A DNA stretch of 63,844 nt, counting the filler, from Collodictyon triciliatum (Eukaryota): the NCBI GenBank assembly GCA_043381765.1. It is 4 parts of 4 records of this genome, joined end to end, with 100 filler letters (N's around TTAATTAATTAA, not from the genome) between each part and the next. Parts side by side here need not be neighbours in the genome. Positions count along the whole stretch, not along the records: positions 16,001 to 31,898 come from JBHJMP010001628.1; positions 31,999 to 47,879 come from JBHJMP010001629.1; 2 more parts are not named here. The stretch is one strand, 5' to 3'. The notes under the pieces are model-generated. The model worked only from the letters and a program-made list of their open reading frames with translations, had not been told where the DNA came from and searched no databases. Positions 25,101 to 38,179 of the stretch are shown here, one piece after another (positions within the stretch are counted from its first letter, which is position 1; every line of letters starts with the position of its first letter). A program made the translations under genes and the position numbers.

Positions 25101-25479
25101 AACCCTCTTTGGATCAGTTTGCTTCATTATACAGTAAAGATAGCGACTCCACAGTCAAGAAAGAAGATTTTTTCAGAATAAATGAAGCCATAGTCCGACT
25201 TCTCGAGCCTGGCCTGCCAGAAAAAGAAGTGCTTGAAATCGTTGAGGTACATATGAAGAACTGCTTTTACTTTTAATTATGCGCGCTGGCCTACTTTAGT
25301 GCTTTACTTTACCGACAATAATTCGTATAGCCATCGGCACCACTTGACTAAACAATTCTTTCATTCTATCTTGCCTTAAGATTGAATCTCGAATCAATAG
25401 TACAGTGGTAAATCAAAGTAATATAAATTCATTACTCAGCAAGATTGGAGAAATGACTCAAAGTCAGGAACATGCTTGA
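22135..25479 (+). CDS. Unknown multi-exon gene or genes: Ser-rich first exon, possible HSP20-like segment, possible EF-hand-like segment near the end
   Basis: Long first exon (22135 to about 22901), then exons that splice in phase at about 23197-23338, 23502-23575, 23621-23640 and 23922-24072. Further exons lie at about 24947, 25135-25246 and 25381-25479. Continuity across 24100-24900 is not established. Confidence 0.4.
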
Positions 25480-26404
25480 CGACGACAATGCTGCATGAAT
25501 CTATATTAGAGCTGGCTGATGTATGGGCTCCAACAAAAACACCACACGAGTTTGTACTCAGCTCCTTTTTTTAATATCTATTTTTGTTAAAATTCCATAT
25601 TGCTTGCCGGTGTCTTTTACTTATTTTTCTTCAAAAAAAATTACTCTAGATTCAATATCAAACATCAATTGTCCTTTAAACCATTTCTATTATCATTGAT
25701 GCGTAAATTTCCATTTCATGTCTAAACTTAAATCATCGTTCGATACAGTTATGTAGCTTTCCTCGATAGCTTGAACTACAAACTTAATCATGATGGAAGA
25801 CCTAGTAAGTTTTTTTTTTATTTGTATTACATGAGCCCGTTTTACCTCATCGATAAATCGCCTCGTGTGTTGTATAAAATCATCTGGTAAAATATTCCCA
25901 TGTTACACCCGAAGTCTGTATTCCCAGGTCGATGCCAAGTCTCTCACTTTTTCTCACACATAACGCGCACACCCACACAACAGGCCCGTACACATACGAC
26001 CCGTTGAAGGAATAAAGTAACTCAAATCCAGATGAAGTATCCGTTTAGTCGGGGATTCGAACAGCCTAAATTGATATACACCAGGAAGACTTTTCATTGC
26101 GCCCATCGCGCCCTCCGCAGACAACACACGTCCTATTTTTCTATTTCTTTCTATTCTTTTAAAAACTTTTTCTCTTTACTTATTTGCTGCGACTTTCATG
26201 CTTGGGGTGTTTCTTGTGACTCATATTGGTGGGCAATCCAGGACTGGGATCATTGCGACCTCAACAATATCATGGTGGATAAAAAGCAAACGAAAGAGCG
26301 GAAAGCTGTGTGTGAAATCAATTTGTTTTATACTTTTCTGGCATTATTATTTTCTTGTTTATTTCTTCCATTTTCCTTCAAAAAGCGGATCTCGGAGGTC
26401 GTCG

Positions 26405-26768
26405 ATGAACCGGTTCACTACAGTACTTGCACTCTTTGTGCTTCTCGTTCCAATTGTTGGTATCAAGGCAGTAAGTTAATCGATTAGCATTTTGCCATTT
26501 TCCTTGGAAGATTTGTGCAAACGAGTCCCAGAAACATATAGTCGGGCGGGTTATATTATGTCTAGTGTTATTTAATACTGTATATGTAGGTGCAATATTT
26601 TTTTCTTTGTTTAGTATGTGTTATGAATTCAGATCTCTCTTACCAGCTGTTTTTCATAGATCGGCGGCCCGAACTACGCAGCTTTCTCAAACTCACGTCT
26701 CGAGCATAAATTTTCGTTCAAACCGCCCTTCTATCTATGTATGTGTGATTGCCTGAAAGAATCAAGAG

Positions 26769-26852
<84 letters not shown>

Positions 26853-29800
26853 ATGATGATGATTATTTGAAAAGTATTCTCAGGGCCATTCACGACTATC
26901 AGAAAAAGTCTACCTTTATATCAGCTTTTCATTCTCAATTTTAAGCTTTCTCTTCTACAGCGCTATTTCTAAATTTCCTATTTATTTATTTCTCTATCTG
27001 TTTAGTTCGTTCGGCTTCCATCCCATTCTGGGATTTCGGTGGAAGCTCATTGATAAATGAAGAGTTTATTCGATTAACTCCTTCAATAAAGAGCCGATAT
27101 GGTTGGTTGTGGAATAAAAGGGTATATGAAATTTTTCTATTTGTACTAGAGTGTCGCTCTTTTATCTCTGAGATACCCGTGATATATAGCATAGCCCTTT
27201 TCTTTTCAATGCCCCCATGGACAATATAACAAGTAGCATCATGATTATTACTAGAAAGCATCGATTCGATGTGAAAACTACAGCTATATTTTATATATAT
27301 TTTAAATTCACTTGGTGTATAGCCTTCGTATATGGAATCATGGGAGATCGTTATCAAATTTCATATCACCGGAGATCAATTGTAAGCTTTTTCTTTTTGG
27401 CATAAAAAAAAAAGAAGCTTTCAGTGACATGGCTGTCTATAAACTTGTGTATTACAAATATAAAAACTCTTGTAGTATCGGTGCTGACGGTTTGGCATTC
27501 TGGTACACTAAGGAATCAAAAATGGTTAGGCACATATGAATTTGAGCATGTATTTACAAGAAATAATAGATCTATTCCAAAAAAGTGATATCCATATTAT
27601 TATTATTATTATTATTTTACAGCATGGAGAGACGTTTGGAAATCAAGATGATTTTGTTGGCCTTGGAATCTTCCTTGATACTTTTAACAATGATGGAGCG
27701 GTTAGTATAGCCTTGGGGGTTGCTCTATGCATTTTATCTAACCATAATTAGTCACTGATAATTCATCGATTCAATAATCACACGTATGTATATGAAACCA
27801 TCATGTAAATGAAATATTAGGGTCATAATAACATAATATCTGCAATGGTGAATGATGGGTCAAAGAAGTTTCACGTTGGAACAGATGGAATTGCTCAAAC
27901 GTATATCTGAAAAGAAAAATTACATTAAAAATGATTCAGTAAACATAAATGAGAAACAAAAAAAGGACTCGTATTCATTTTAGCATACTGTTATAGATGA
28001 TTGTTGTTTACAATAATATTCGACTCATATATGTTAGGAGTTTGGAGGACTCATATGTCCCATCAATAGGTTACACAAATGGCTTTTCATAAATATCTAA
28101 TTTTGAATATATGTATTAATCTATCCTAGGCTATCCCATTGTCGCGCTGATCTCCGTAATTCGATACACCCTTTGAAATTAAAAATATTATATTCGAATA
28201 GCACACTACAGGTTTTTTTTTCATTATTAGGGAAAATATTTTGATTTAAAATTTAACGACAAAAATTTTATCTTGGCGGACAATTTTATTAATTATATCT
28301 ACTTTTTGAAAGGTTGACATTACAGACAGAGAAACCGACGAATGGGAGATGTGTTTGAAGGTTTTTCTTTCTAACGATTAAGATAATGATAAATAAATTT
28401 TATTGAATGTTTTAATTACTTGCTTTCTCGGTTCTAATTTTAAATAATGGCGTCTTTCTTTTGCATAAATAAATCAATTAAAATTTATTTTGCGTGATAT
28501 TGGCCATATTTGATTCTCAAATGCATAACAGGCGTCGAACGTGGACCTCCCAACAGGGTATTACTTTGGAATGACGGCAGTCACTGGAAGCCACGCTGGT
28601 ACATGATTCTGTGGTCGCATGTCCATCTACTTTTTTACTTTTATTTTATTATTTTTTAACGAATCCACATGCTAGCATTCTGATTGTTTTAGATAATATA
28701 TTTAGATAAACACGACGTTTACAGTTTTACTGCTACGGACTTGAATCCCAAATCGTATTCCGACTTGGTGAATTTTTTTTTTAAAAAAAAAGAATATATA
28801 GTGAATATTAATTCTTGACGTTCTTTTTTTAATCGAGTGAAGGAAAAATCTTGACATTTTTTTTTAAAAAAAAATTAAATTATTATGATACCATAGCTTC
28901 AAAAACTCCGCGACCAAAAAATGGTAGAACCATTAATTATTTCTTTATAGCTATGAACACAAGTATTTCAAATAAAGACAATAGGGGGGAAAAAACCCAT
29001 CCAGTTATGGACGTTGGTTTCTTTTTATTTTGAAAAATTCTCCTTGATTCCCATTAATTGTACTTTAGCCCGTAATTTCAAGCCCCAATGCTGATATCCA
29101 ATCCGTGTCGCCTCAAAATCCCACCACATCTAATCCACATATCACGAAAGGCACGACTAATATCAAATTGATTTATATTGAGGCTTTTTATTTTGACAAT
29201 ATCTATTTTATTGTACAAACCTGCAATTAAACGCACTTTCGATTAACCCAAGAGAGTTTACATGTCTATATTTAAATCAGGAGAAACGTTATCGTCAGAA
29301 ACTCTACTGGTCGAGGAAAAAAAACCAGGCCTTTTGAACGAAGGCAACAGGCCAGAGGAAGGTCTAGAATCAATCAAGGCTGCTGAAAAAGTTTATAGCG
29401 ATTTGGCAGATATGAAGACAGGTCATTTTGCCAAAGAATTAGAGCAGATGAAAGAGAAGTTTATGAATCAGGTCAGGAGATGATTTTCATGAATATTGCA
29501 TCCCTTTTATATTATTGATATCGTGTTACTACTCGTTTAGAATATAATCAAAATGTGTCCAAAAACTAACGTGCAAACATATATTAAACTATTTTTGATT
29601 ACAAAGATTGGGGAATTAAAGGCAACCTTATCACGACAAAGTATGGCCGACAATGATAACAAAATCGGGCTAACAAGAGAAATCGGTATCATACATAAGC
29701 ATAATTCAATGCTTTCTGAAATCATACAAAAGCAAAATGAACAGGTAGAATATTCGCTTTTTTTCTTTATGTATATATATATATGTGTCTGGCCGAACAT

Positions 29801-30895
29801 AATGTATGTAAACTATTCAACCCAGCATAATAGTTTACTATATGGTCTATTTCTTTACCAGTAGGGACTTCACAGCTTATATATTAACATTTTTTTTATC
29901 TCCAATCATCCCAGATGCAAGGATTGAACAAACTCCTAACAGGGGTCGAGTCTGGTTTGAGGCGGCATAAGTATACCATAAAGCTTCTTTTACTCTATGA
30001 CACCATAAATACTTTTCATCAAACTTTAACAAGAATTTCTCCTTGCATTTATGTGTCCAAAACTCAAATTATCGTCCCGCTCTCCTTTTATTTTATTTTT
30101 TAGTTACTTTTAATATGTATGAAAACAATTTAGAGAGCACATATCCGAAGTATTAAAGGACCAAGTGAAGAGTGATGAGCACATGAAATCATCTGTTGTT
30201 GATCTTTCCCGAACTGTATCCCAGCTTCGTGATATTATCACGGCAAGCCTTCGTTTTTTTTTTTCGTTTCATTTATTTATTTATTTTTGCAATTTTAGAT
30301 TATCCATTATAATTTATTTTTTTTACTCAAACCAAGACCAGGCCTTGATTTTTTTTTTTATTTTTCTTCAGAATATTTTTTTTTAATCTTCCTTTCAACT
30401 TTGTGCAGTTCTTCAGAATATTATATAATGTTAGCCCACTTGCACTTACTGGGGATTAAAATTAACACTCACATTACGTACATTATGTGCTGCTCATAAC
30501 CTTGGTTTCTTTTTCTCATCCCTGTTTCTTTTATATTCCTGTCGCTATAGACTATTGGCTCTAAACAACAAAACCTTGTGTCTGACTTTGCCAGTGACAT
30601 TCGTCAAAATGTGGATGACCATAGTCTCTCCGTGCGAATGTATATGATTGTCTTTGCTACCATAGTTCCCGGATTACTTGTCCTTTCTTTCTTTTTTTTT
30701 TCTCTCTCTCATCAAATGCATATAATCCCTTTCAAACTGGACATTTGTATATTTTTTTCTTATCTTCCACAATAGTTTTTCTTTGTTTATATCTATATTT
30801 TTTTCCCATATAGGTATCTGCTTGTCCTGTGTGCATTCGTTTTTGGTTTTCTAATTTATGTTTGGAAAACACAAATGAAGAACCTGCCCTACTGA
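26405..30895 (+). CDS. L-type lectin cargo receptor, ERGIC-53/VIP36/Emp47 family (signal peptide, lectin domain, coiled coil, TM helix)
   Basis: Signal peptide MNRFTTVLALFVLLVPIVG; SFKPPF, IPFWDFGG, IRLTPSIKSRYGWLWN, GADGLAFWY, FVGLGIFLDTFNND, LPTGYYFGMTAVTG and DKHDV. Ends in a TM helix followed by VWKTQMKNLPY*. Confidence 0.9.
26771..26850. repeat. (TAT)n intronic microsatellite
   Basis: Perfect trinucleotide array; source of the spurious poly-Tyr ORF. Confidence 0.95.
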
Positions 30896-31089
30896 TGCCA
30901 ATATCTTTGCTTTGTGAGCGCCACCAGCCGAACCTCTTTGCTATCCCCCGAATTTTTCTTCATTTTCCGTCCAAGGGATGGTGTAGAGCACCCCAATAAA
31001 AATGACATTTTGACTGAAATAAAAGTATAGAGCGAAGCAGAAAAAAATACGTCCTGAAATGTAACCAAGCAGAACTAAGCGAGAGAATG

Positions 31090-31437
31090 CATCCACACTC
31101 CAGAAGGGCCACAGCATATGTCCCCTTGCGACTGTCCAGAGTATTCTAGAGTCGTGAGTCATTTGGTGTTGTGGGCCAAACAGGATGTCGGACACGCGAA
31201 GTCGGTTGGGAGCATAATCAATCTCAGAGAGCATCTTGTGCGTAGATTCTGTCATTTTTTGAGCAAGGGAGCACTTCACAAATGTGTGTTCGATAGAGTT
31301 ATCTCCACTATGGCACTTGGTGCATTCTGGATAGGTCGTTGCTGCATGAACTACGCGCGCACCTATCCACAGCTCTCTGTTGGAGATATTGAGCAGAAGG
31401 GCGTGATGATTTGGGTGTAACCGAGGTATACATAGGA
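31090..31437 (-). mobile_element. Remnant of a non-LTR (L1/Tx1-like) retrotransposon ORF2 C-terminus, zf-RVT zinc knuckle
   Basis: Extending the 31279 ORF upstream in frame gives IPRLHPNHHALLLNISNRELWIGARVVHAATTYPECTKCHSGDNSIEHTFVKCSLAQ...DILFG...LWTVARGHMLWPFW, a Cx2Cx8Hx4C motif in the usual zf-RVT context. Confidence 0.65.
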
Positions 31438-31898
31438 ATGAAGAAGAAAGAAAAAAAAAGATGAACTCTGGGTTAGAGGTGAAGGAACACTTATGGAAAA
31501 TAAATATAATTCATCAGACGTATGACATTCAAAAGGGCATTTCCAATGCAAGATATAATATGTATGAAACATGCTCTACTTATAATTCTAAATGATGTAC
31601 ACACCTGTTGGATTTGCTGTCACGCCCACAACCAGGGATTTCCCGCAATGTTCGCCAATTCAGCTGGTAATAAAAGAGATTCCACGAATAGATTAACCAC
31701 AAGCCGGCCACAACCACACAACAAACAGAACACAATACACAACAACATCGCGCACTTATTCCCGTCCCAACACCCACCGCGCCTCACTCAATCTTTTCCA
31801 CAAGTGCCACCAGGCTTACAGAGTCCAAAAAAATAGAAAAACAAAAAAATAGAAAAACAAAAAAAATAGAAAAACAAATAAATAAAAAACAAAAAAAA

Positions 31899-31998
31899 NN
31901 NNNNNNNNNNNNNNNNNNNNNNNNNNNNNNNNNNNNNNNNNNTTAATTAATTAANNNNNNNNNNNNNNNNNNNNNNNNNNNNNNNNNNNNNNNNNNNN
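31899..31998. other. Artificial scaffold spacer
   Basis: N44-TTAATTAATTAA-N44. Confidence 0.95.
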
Positions 31999-32190
31999 AC
32001 ACATAAAACACATAAAACACATAAAACACATAAAACACATAAAACACATAAAACACATAAAACACATAAAACACATAAAACACATAAAACACATAAAACA
32101 CATAAAACACAAAACACACAAAAAACACACAAAAAACACACAAAAAACACACAAAAAACACACAAAAAACACACAAAACACACACAAAAC
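31999..32190. repeat. (ACACATAAA)n and related simple repeat at the scaffold start
   Basis: Tandem 9-mer grading into an 11-mer A/C-rich unit. Confidence 0.9.
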
Positions 32191-32262
32191 ACAAACTCGT
32201 GAAAGAGAAGAAGAGAAGACCACCAGAAACTCACGACCCGCCTCCCCTCAGCCACAGCCGGC

Positions 32263-32517
32263 ATGACCGTCGATCCCGCACACATCGAACGCATCCGCAG
32301 CGTTATCCGCAACGTGCCGGACTATCCGAAAGCCGGAGTGCAGTTCAAGGACATCACCACCCTGCTTTTGGACCCCGAAGCCTTCCGTCTGAGCCTGCAG
32401 ATCCTGGCCGATCGCTACCGTTCTCAAAACATAACCAAAGTGGCCGGTAACTTGCCGCACACTTCCCCTCCATTTCTTTTGTTTTGTTTTGTTTTGTTTT
32501 GTTTTGTTTTGTTTTGT

Positions 32518-32549
<32 letters not shown>

Positions 32550-33644
32550 CCTTTTTTTCTTTCCTTCCCTTTTTTTCTTTCCTTTTTCTTTTCTCTACAG
32601 TCTTGATAATTCATTCTTATTGTAAACGGTTGCATAGGCTTGGAAGCTCGTGGCTTCATATTTGGAGCGCCTCTCGCTCAACTTCTAAACTTGCCTTTTG
32701 TCCCATTCAGAAAGCCAAATAAGCTTCCAGGTTTCTTTCTTTTTTTCTTCTTCTTTCTTCTATCTCTTCCTTTTCCTTCCTTCTTTTTTCTTCTTCTAAA
32801 GGGCAACCTTTATTCGATTCAAAATCGGAGATACGAGTTTAAAGAAATCCGACTATTGAACCATCAACTTACAGGAGAATCCATCAGTGTGAGCTATTCC
32901 CTCGAGTATGGAGAAGACCGCATCGCTGTCCATAAGGTTGTCCCCTTTTCTTTTCTTTTCTTTGAGGCGCAGGATGGAAGCATCATATATTCTCCATAGC
33001 CAAGTTTCCTATCTCCGTTTCATCCCCTCTAATATGAAAGAAAGAAAGAAAGATGATTATACATGAAAAGACAATAAATCTGAAGAGTGGGCAGAGGAAT
33101 AGGAATTCATAATAACGATACAGGGCCACATCACCGCCGATGACCGCATCTTGCTTGTGGACGATCTTGTCGCCACTGGCGGAACCCTCATTGCAGGCTC
33201 GAAACTCATCGGTTTGCTCGCAGATACCGTTATTTACCTGTCGCTAATACCAAAAAGCCTTACAGTTCAATGTTTCTTTTATCCAAAGAGCTCTTTTCAT
33301 TATATATATACTATTTTGGGATTTTCTTCACATATAACATCTTCTTTTCTTTTTACTTTACTTTTCTTTTTTTTTTTAAAAAAAATAAAAATACAAACGC
33401 AAGGGATTGGTTCTAAAACATATCATTCAATCCATCGATCTTTCTCTCGTCTATTTTTTTGAAGATAAAAAAGTCACGTGTTTTTCTTATTAAACTTATT
33501 CCAAACTGCGGCGCTGCAGAGGCCTCTGGCGGGAAGCTGGTTGAGTGTGCTTGTGTCATCGAGTTGCCCGACTTGCACGGACGCGCTGCTCTTGAGAAGC
33601 GAGGAATCCAGCTCTTTACCATCGTCCCATTCGATGGAGAGTAA
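32263..33644 (+). CDS. APRT: Adenine phosphoribosyltransferase, 5 exons
   Basis: [51 protein letters not shown] motif [23 protein letters not shown], ending FDGE*. Confidence 0.96.
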
Positions 33645-34199
33645 AGCCGCCTCGTATATTGGAGACCTTGTCCATTCTTTTGGAATCGAAAGATGAGGCA
33701 CCCCGGATTTAATAAAGCAAAAAACTCATGCTTGGCGATAAGAAAAACCACACAAAAAAAAAATGATGGAAGGGAAAAAAAAAATGTTTACTCCATTCTC
33801 GATTGTCGATCTTTCTATAGTTGTATGTTGAGTCATGCATAGTTGGTTGACAAAAAAGACAACCAAGATCGTGAATGAAGATTAAAAAACCATTAATGGG
33901 TAAATTCTTTGAAAGTTCCCCTTGATCATTTGACAACCAAGCGAAGAGGATGATCTCACGCTTCTGCTCTTTTTTTCGATCACGCTGCCATTATTTTCCC
34001 TCTATTTTCATGAGTATTTCATATATATAATTCTAGTGTTCTACTGTTCCTTTACACTTTCTTTCCTCAAAAACCCTTGCTCGCAACGAGGAAGGATCAC
34101 GCAAAGCCGGCCGAAAGAAGGCTGTTTGAAAGGCTTGTGCCACAGAGTCTGAAGGAGCCATGGCTTTTATTTGCTGACGTGATCGCTGCATAGTGTCAA

Positions 34200-37100
34200 A
34201 TGTCCAGCCTTTTCTGCCGCCGCTGCCGCCATCCGCTGCGCCCCGACCAGAACGTCTTGGACTCGATCCCAGACTTGATTGCCATGACCACCGTCCCTTG
34301 GACAGGTACTGCCAACACGAAGACTTCTTTATTCCCTTTTTTTTTTTTTTTAGCCATCTCGGGGTTTGAATTTGTATTTCGATTCTATTTCGATTCTATT
34401 ACGTATTTCAATTTTGTTATATATTTATATTCTGCTATACAATTCCTATTCTATTCCATCGTATTTCTATTTTATTATATATTTTTGTTTCTATTCTACT
34501 CTATCATATCGTAGTTCATCTTGCTCTTATGGATAATTGTAAATGTTAATGCATTTTTGCTGTATTTTATTGTCCTTTTTTCTCTCTCTAGGTTCAATAT
34601 AGTTTCGTCTTTTGTTTTATCCCTGTCTTAAAGTAATGAGATGTTTCTTTTTTTAATTTCATCATTATTTTAAATATTATTTTAATTATTGACCCTCCTC
34701 GCAGAAATATACAACGAGACATTTCTTCAGTACTGCAGTGACCAAGGATCAGCAGAACCAAGCGCAGACGAAACACCATCGACTCCAGTTTTGTGTTGTA
34801 TATATATATATATTTCAAAGCTGTTTCATGTTTTGATTTGTCTTTTATGTCAAACTTTTACAATTTTTTCTCTTGAATGCTCTCACATCAATATCAAGCC
34901 TTCCTTCAATATCATTTATCCATTCCCTATTATGCATGCAGAAGGGAGAGCCTGGTTCTTTGCAGAATGGGTACTCATCAGCGAACAGCCGTCCAGCTTC
35001 GCTATCTCGTCCCCAGGTCAATTCTTTTCTTTTCTTTTCTTTTCTTTTCTTTTCTTTTCTTTTCTTTTCTTTTCTTTTCTTTTCTTTTCTTTTCTTTTCT
35101 TTTCTTTTTTTCCGCACCTTATTCAGTCACTCTTTTTTTTCTTTTGCCGAAACGTAGCAAGAATTGATTATAGCACTGCGCATTTTAAAGATATTATATA
35201 CTATTTGTATCTTTACCTTAGATGTAATCAACAAAATCCAACATCCTTTGTCATTAGAGCAATTTTGTAAAAGAGTATTCAGCCAAAACCTCCATCATCT
35301 TACACAAATCGAAAGAAAGAATAGTAAATAAACAATTAAAATGAATATTCATCCTTATATTTTCTTTACTCCATGCCTGCACACTACTTCCAGCTCCCCA
35401 AAGAACTGCGCAACATCCCACCCGAGTATTTACTCGAAGGGCTTCTTACCTATGCATATGATGCCTATGATGTGGACTTGCCTGTTTGTAAAGAGTGTAT
35501 GGACATAATCGTTAGAGAATTCGAAGCACAGGTTTTCCAAGTTATCATATTAGATTTGAATATTTTTTTGTCCGCCTCCATTGAATCTCCATTCTATGTT
35601 GTTTTCAAAAAGAGATTTAATTGCCATTTGTAAACATTCAACAAGTTTGGTAGAACCTAGCCGACATGCAACATTCTTTTGAACAATTATGCATTTCTCC
35701 CTGTCTCCTTAAATTTTATATGCATCTAGTTTGAAGAACTTCTTGATAGAACAAAAACATATGAAAAAACCTGCAAATTAGTCGAGTCCGAAAAGCTAGA
35801 ACCTATGGAAGAGGCTGAGTTTGCCGAGAGATTGAAAGCAGTAACATCAAAAATCTACTTTTTTTTTTTTTTTTTATTGAATCAGCTATTTTTATCTCGT
35901 TATCTAAGATGTTGTAATTTTGATCGTTAGCTGGAGAACGAAGAGAAGGAACTTTCTCAAAAACTTCGTTTACTTAACATCGAGAGAGAAGGAATCCATA
36001 AAGAGGCCATCGATTTAGATGCAAAGAGATGCCATTTAGAATCTCTCAGTGAAAAGTAAATCTTCCATTCTGCAGTCCTACACGAATCTGGCTCTCTTCT
36101 CAAACCTGTTAATTTTTCTTACTCCATGGTACAATTCTATCTCCTGGGCATCTAATGACAATGCTCCCTGTGATGTGTTTACATAGTTACTTTGAAGAAC
36201 TGAATGAATACAAACTGGAATACGCATTATTTTTGCGTGACCGCGCTGCTGTCCAGACAAAGGTTTATTCCTTTAAGGATGTGCCCCCCAAAAAAAAAAC
36301 CAAACAAGATCATTCCACTATAATTTCTACATTGCCATCTGTGTTTAATAGTTTGTGGATATAGATTGAAACATCGACTGCCGAGTTGGAAAAGCTTAAA
36401 TGCACGAATGTGCTGAACGACGTTTTTGTCATATGGCATGATGGTGTTTTTGGTACCATAAACGGATTTCGGCTCGGTCGGATTCCAAGCATTCCAGTGT
36501 GTGATTTTGTCAACCTGCTTCACTTCGAATATCATTTCTAATATTTTGCAGTAACCCATCTCTTTTTCTTTGCTCCGTTATTGATTAGTTTTCTTTCAAC
36601 ACGTACCGTGTAGGTGGAGTGGAACGAGATAAATGCTGGGCTAGGCCAAGTGGCTTTACTTCTAGACACGATCTCGCGCAAATACGACGTCGAATTTACA
36701 AAGTACTATTAGGGATGAAGCTATGCATCCATAGAAAAAAGAAAGAAATCACTCATTGTTTTTCCAAAAATTCAAAACTTCACATATCATCAGAGGACTG
36801 GGTCTATTCCCTTTTTTTTTCTTTTTTTTTCCATTTCTGTGATTTACATCAGATGAATAACTAGGTACCGATTGTACCTGCAAGGAAGTTCATCTCGTAT
36901 TTCAAAAAAGAACGATGATAGAAACTTCAATGAACTGTATGTCAATATCTTTAGTTCTTATTTTCTAATATACACAAGCTTTTTCCGATTATGATTTTTG
37001 TTTCCCCATTCATTTGATAAGCATATTTTACTCTTACATATCAAGGAGAATACACCATTCTGTATTGAATGCAGACAAAATAATAAGGGCCTTGCTTTGA

Positions 37101-37598
37101 ATCTCTCATACAGCCAATATCTTTTGTTCATTTATGTGCACAATCCAGGTACGGCTCAAATGATTTAGGAATTGGACGGCTTTTCTGGGCCAGACGATTC
37201 GATGAGGGACTTACATGGCTGCTGTTTTGTGTCAGTGAAATCATAGCGTCATTGCAAAAGAGAGGCTGTCAAGTCAACTGTCCGTATCCGTAAGAAGGAC
37301 AAAGTTTCATGCACCTTGATATTAACCATTTATTATATTGTGGGATTTGGCAATAGTTGCGTTGCTGTAATAACTACTATCGACATAATAAAGAGAATAA
37401 GGAGAAAGAGGGCATGCTTTAACGGGGCTGTTTATTTTGATCTTCTATTTTAGAATCGTCGCAGACACAGTTGGTCAAATTAGCATTCGTGCACAAGTGA
37501 ACGACGATGAACGGTGGACAAAGTGTCTCAAGTATTTGCTGATAGATCTGAAATGGATTATTGCCGTGATTGCGCGGTCGGCCCACCTACTGGGATGA
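34200..37598 (+). CDS. ATG6: Beclin-1 / autophagy protein ATG6 (Vps30)
   Basis: N-terminal [19 protein letters not shown]; coiled coil; [57 protein letters not shown] near the end. Confidence 0.93.
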
Positions 37599-38179
37599 GT
37601 TTGAAGATGGCTCTTTTGTGTCGGAATTATTCTGTCTTTTCACTTTTTTATAAAATTAATAAATAAAATAAAAGTCGTTATATTTACCCCTTTAAATTAT
37701 GAAAGATAATCCCAGTGACGTCATATGTAAATGACTCCTTTCTCCCAAAATAAAAATATATGTTTTAAAAAAACGATGAGAACACATCCAAGAAATATTG
37801 GGTCATATCTCCAAATTCCAATTGATAATTACAAGATTTTTTCAAAACGACCACCGAAATATTCCAAATAACATAAGTTGGATTCGTCCATTGACTGATT
37901 TTCCATTATAATTCCACATGGACCGCTCCATTTAACGTATTCAACTCGTCTGACTTGTTCTTTTGATTTATTTGTTGGTGAGACATTTGGATGGTGTTAT
38001 CGAATACATTGCTCGGATTCAGTCAAAAGTCCTGATAGAGTACCCCAGATTATAATTTTTATAAATAAAAACAATTAGTGACTAGAAGATACACGCAATG
38101 CTGTAAATACAGTTTGGAAAAAAGATGGCAAGAACATAGAAAGATGACAGAAAGGGCAATAACAGGATGAAACCTTGCG

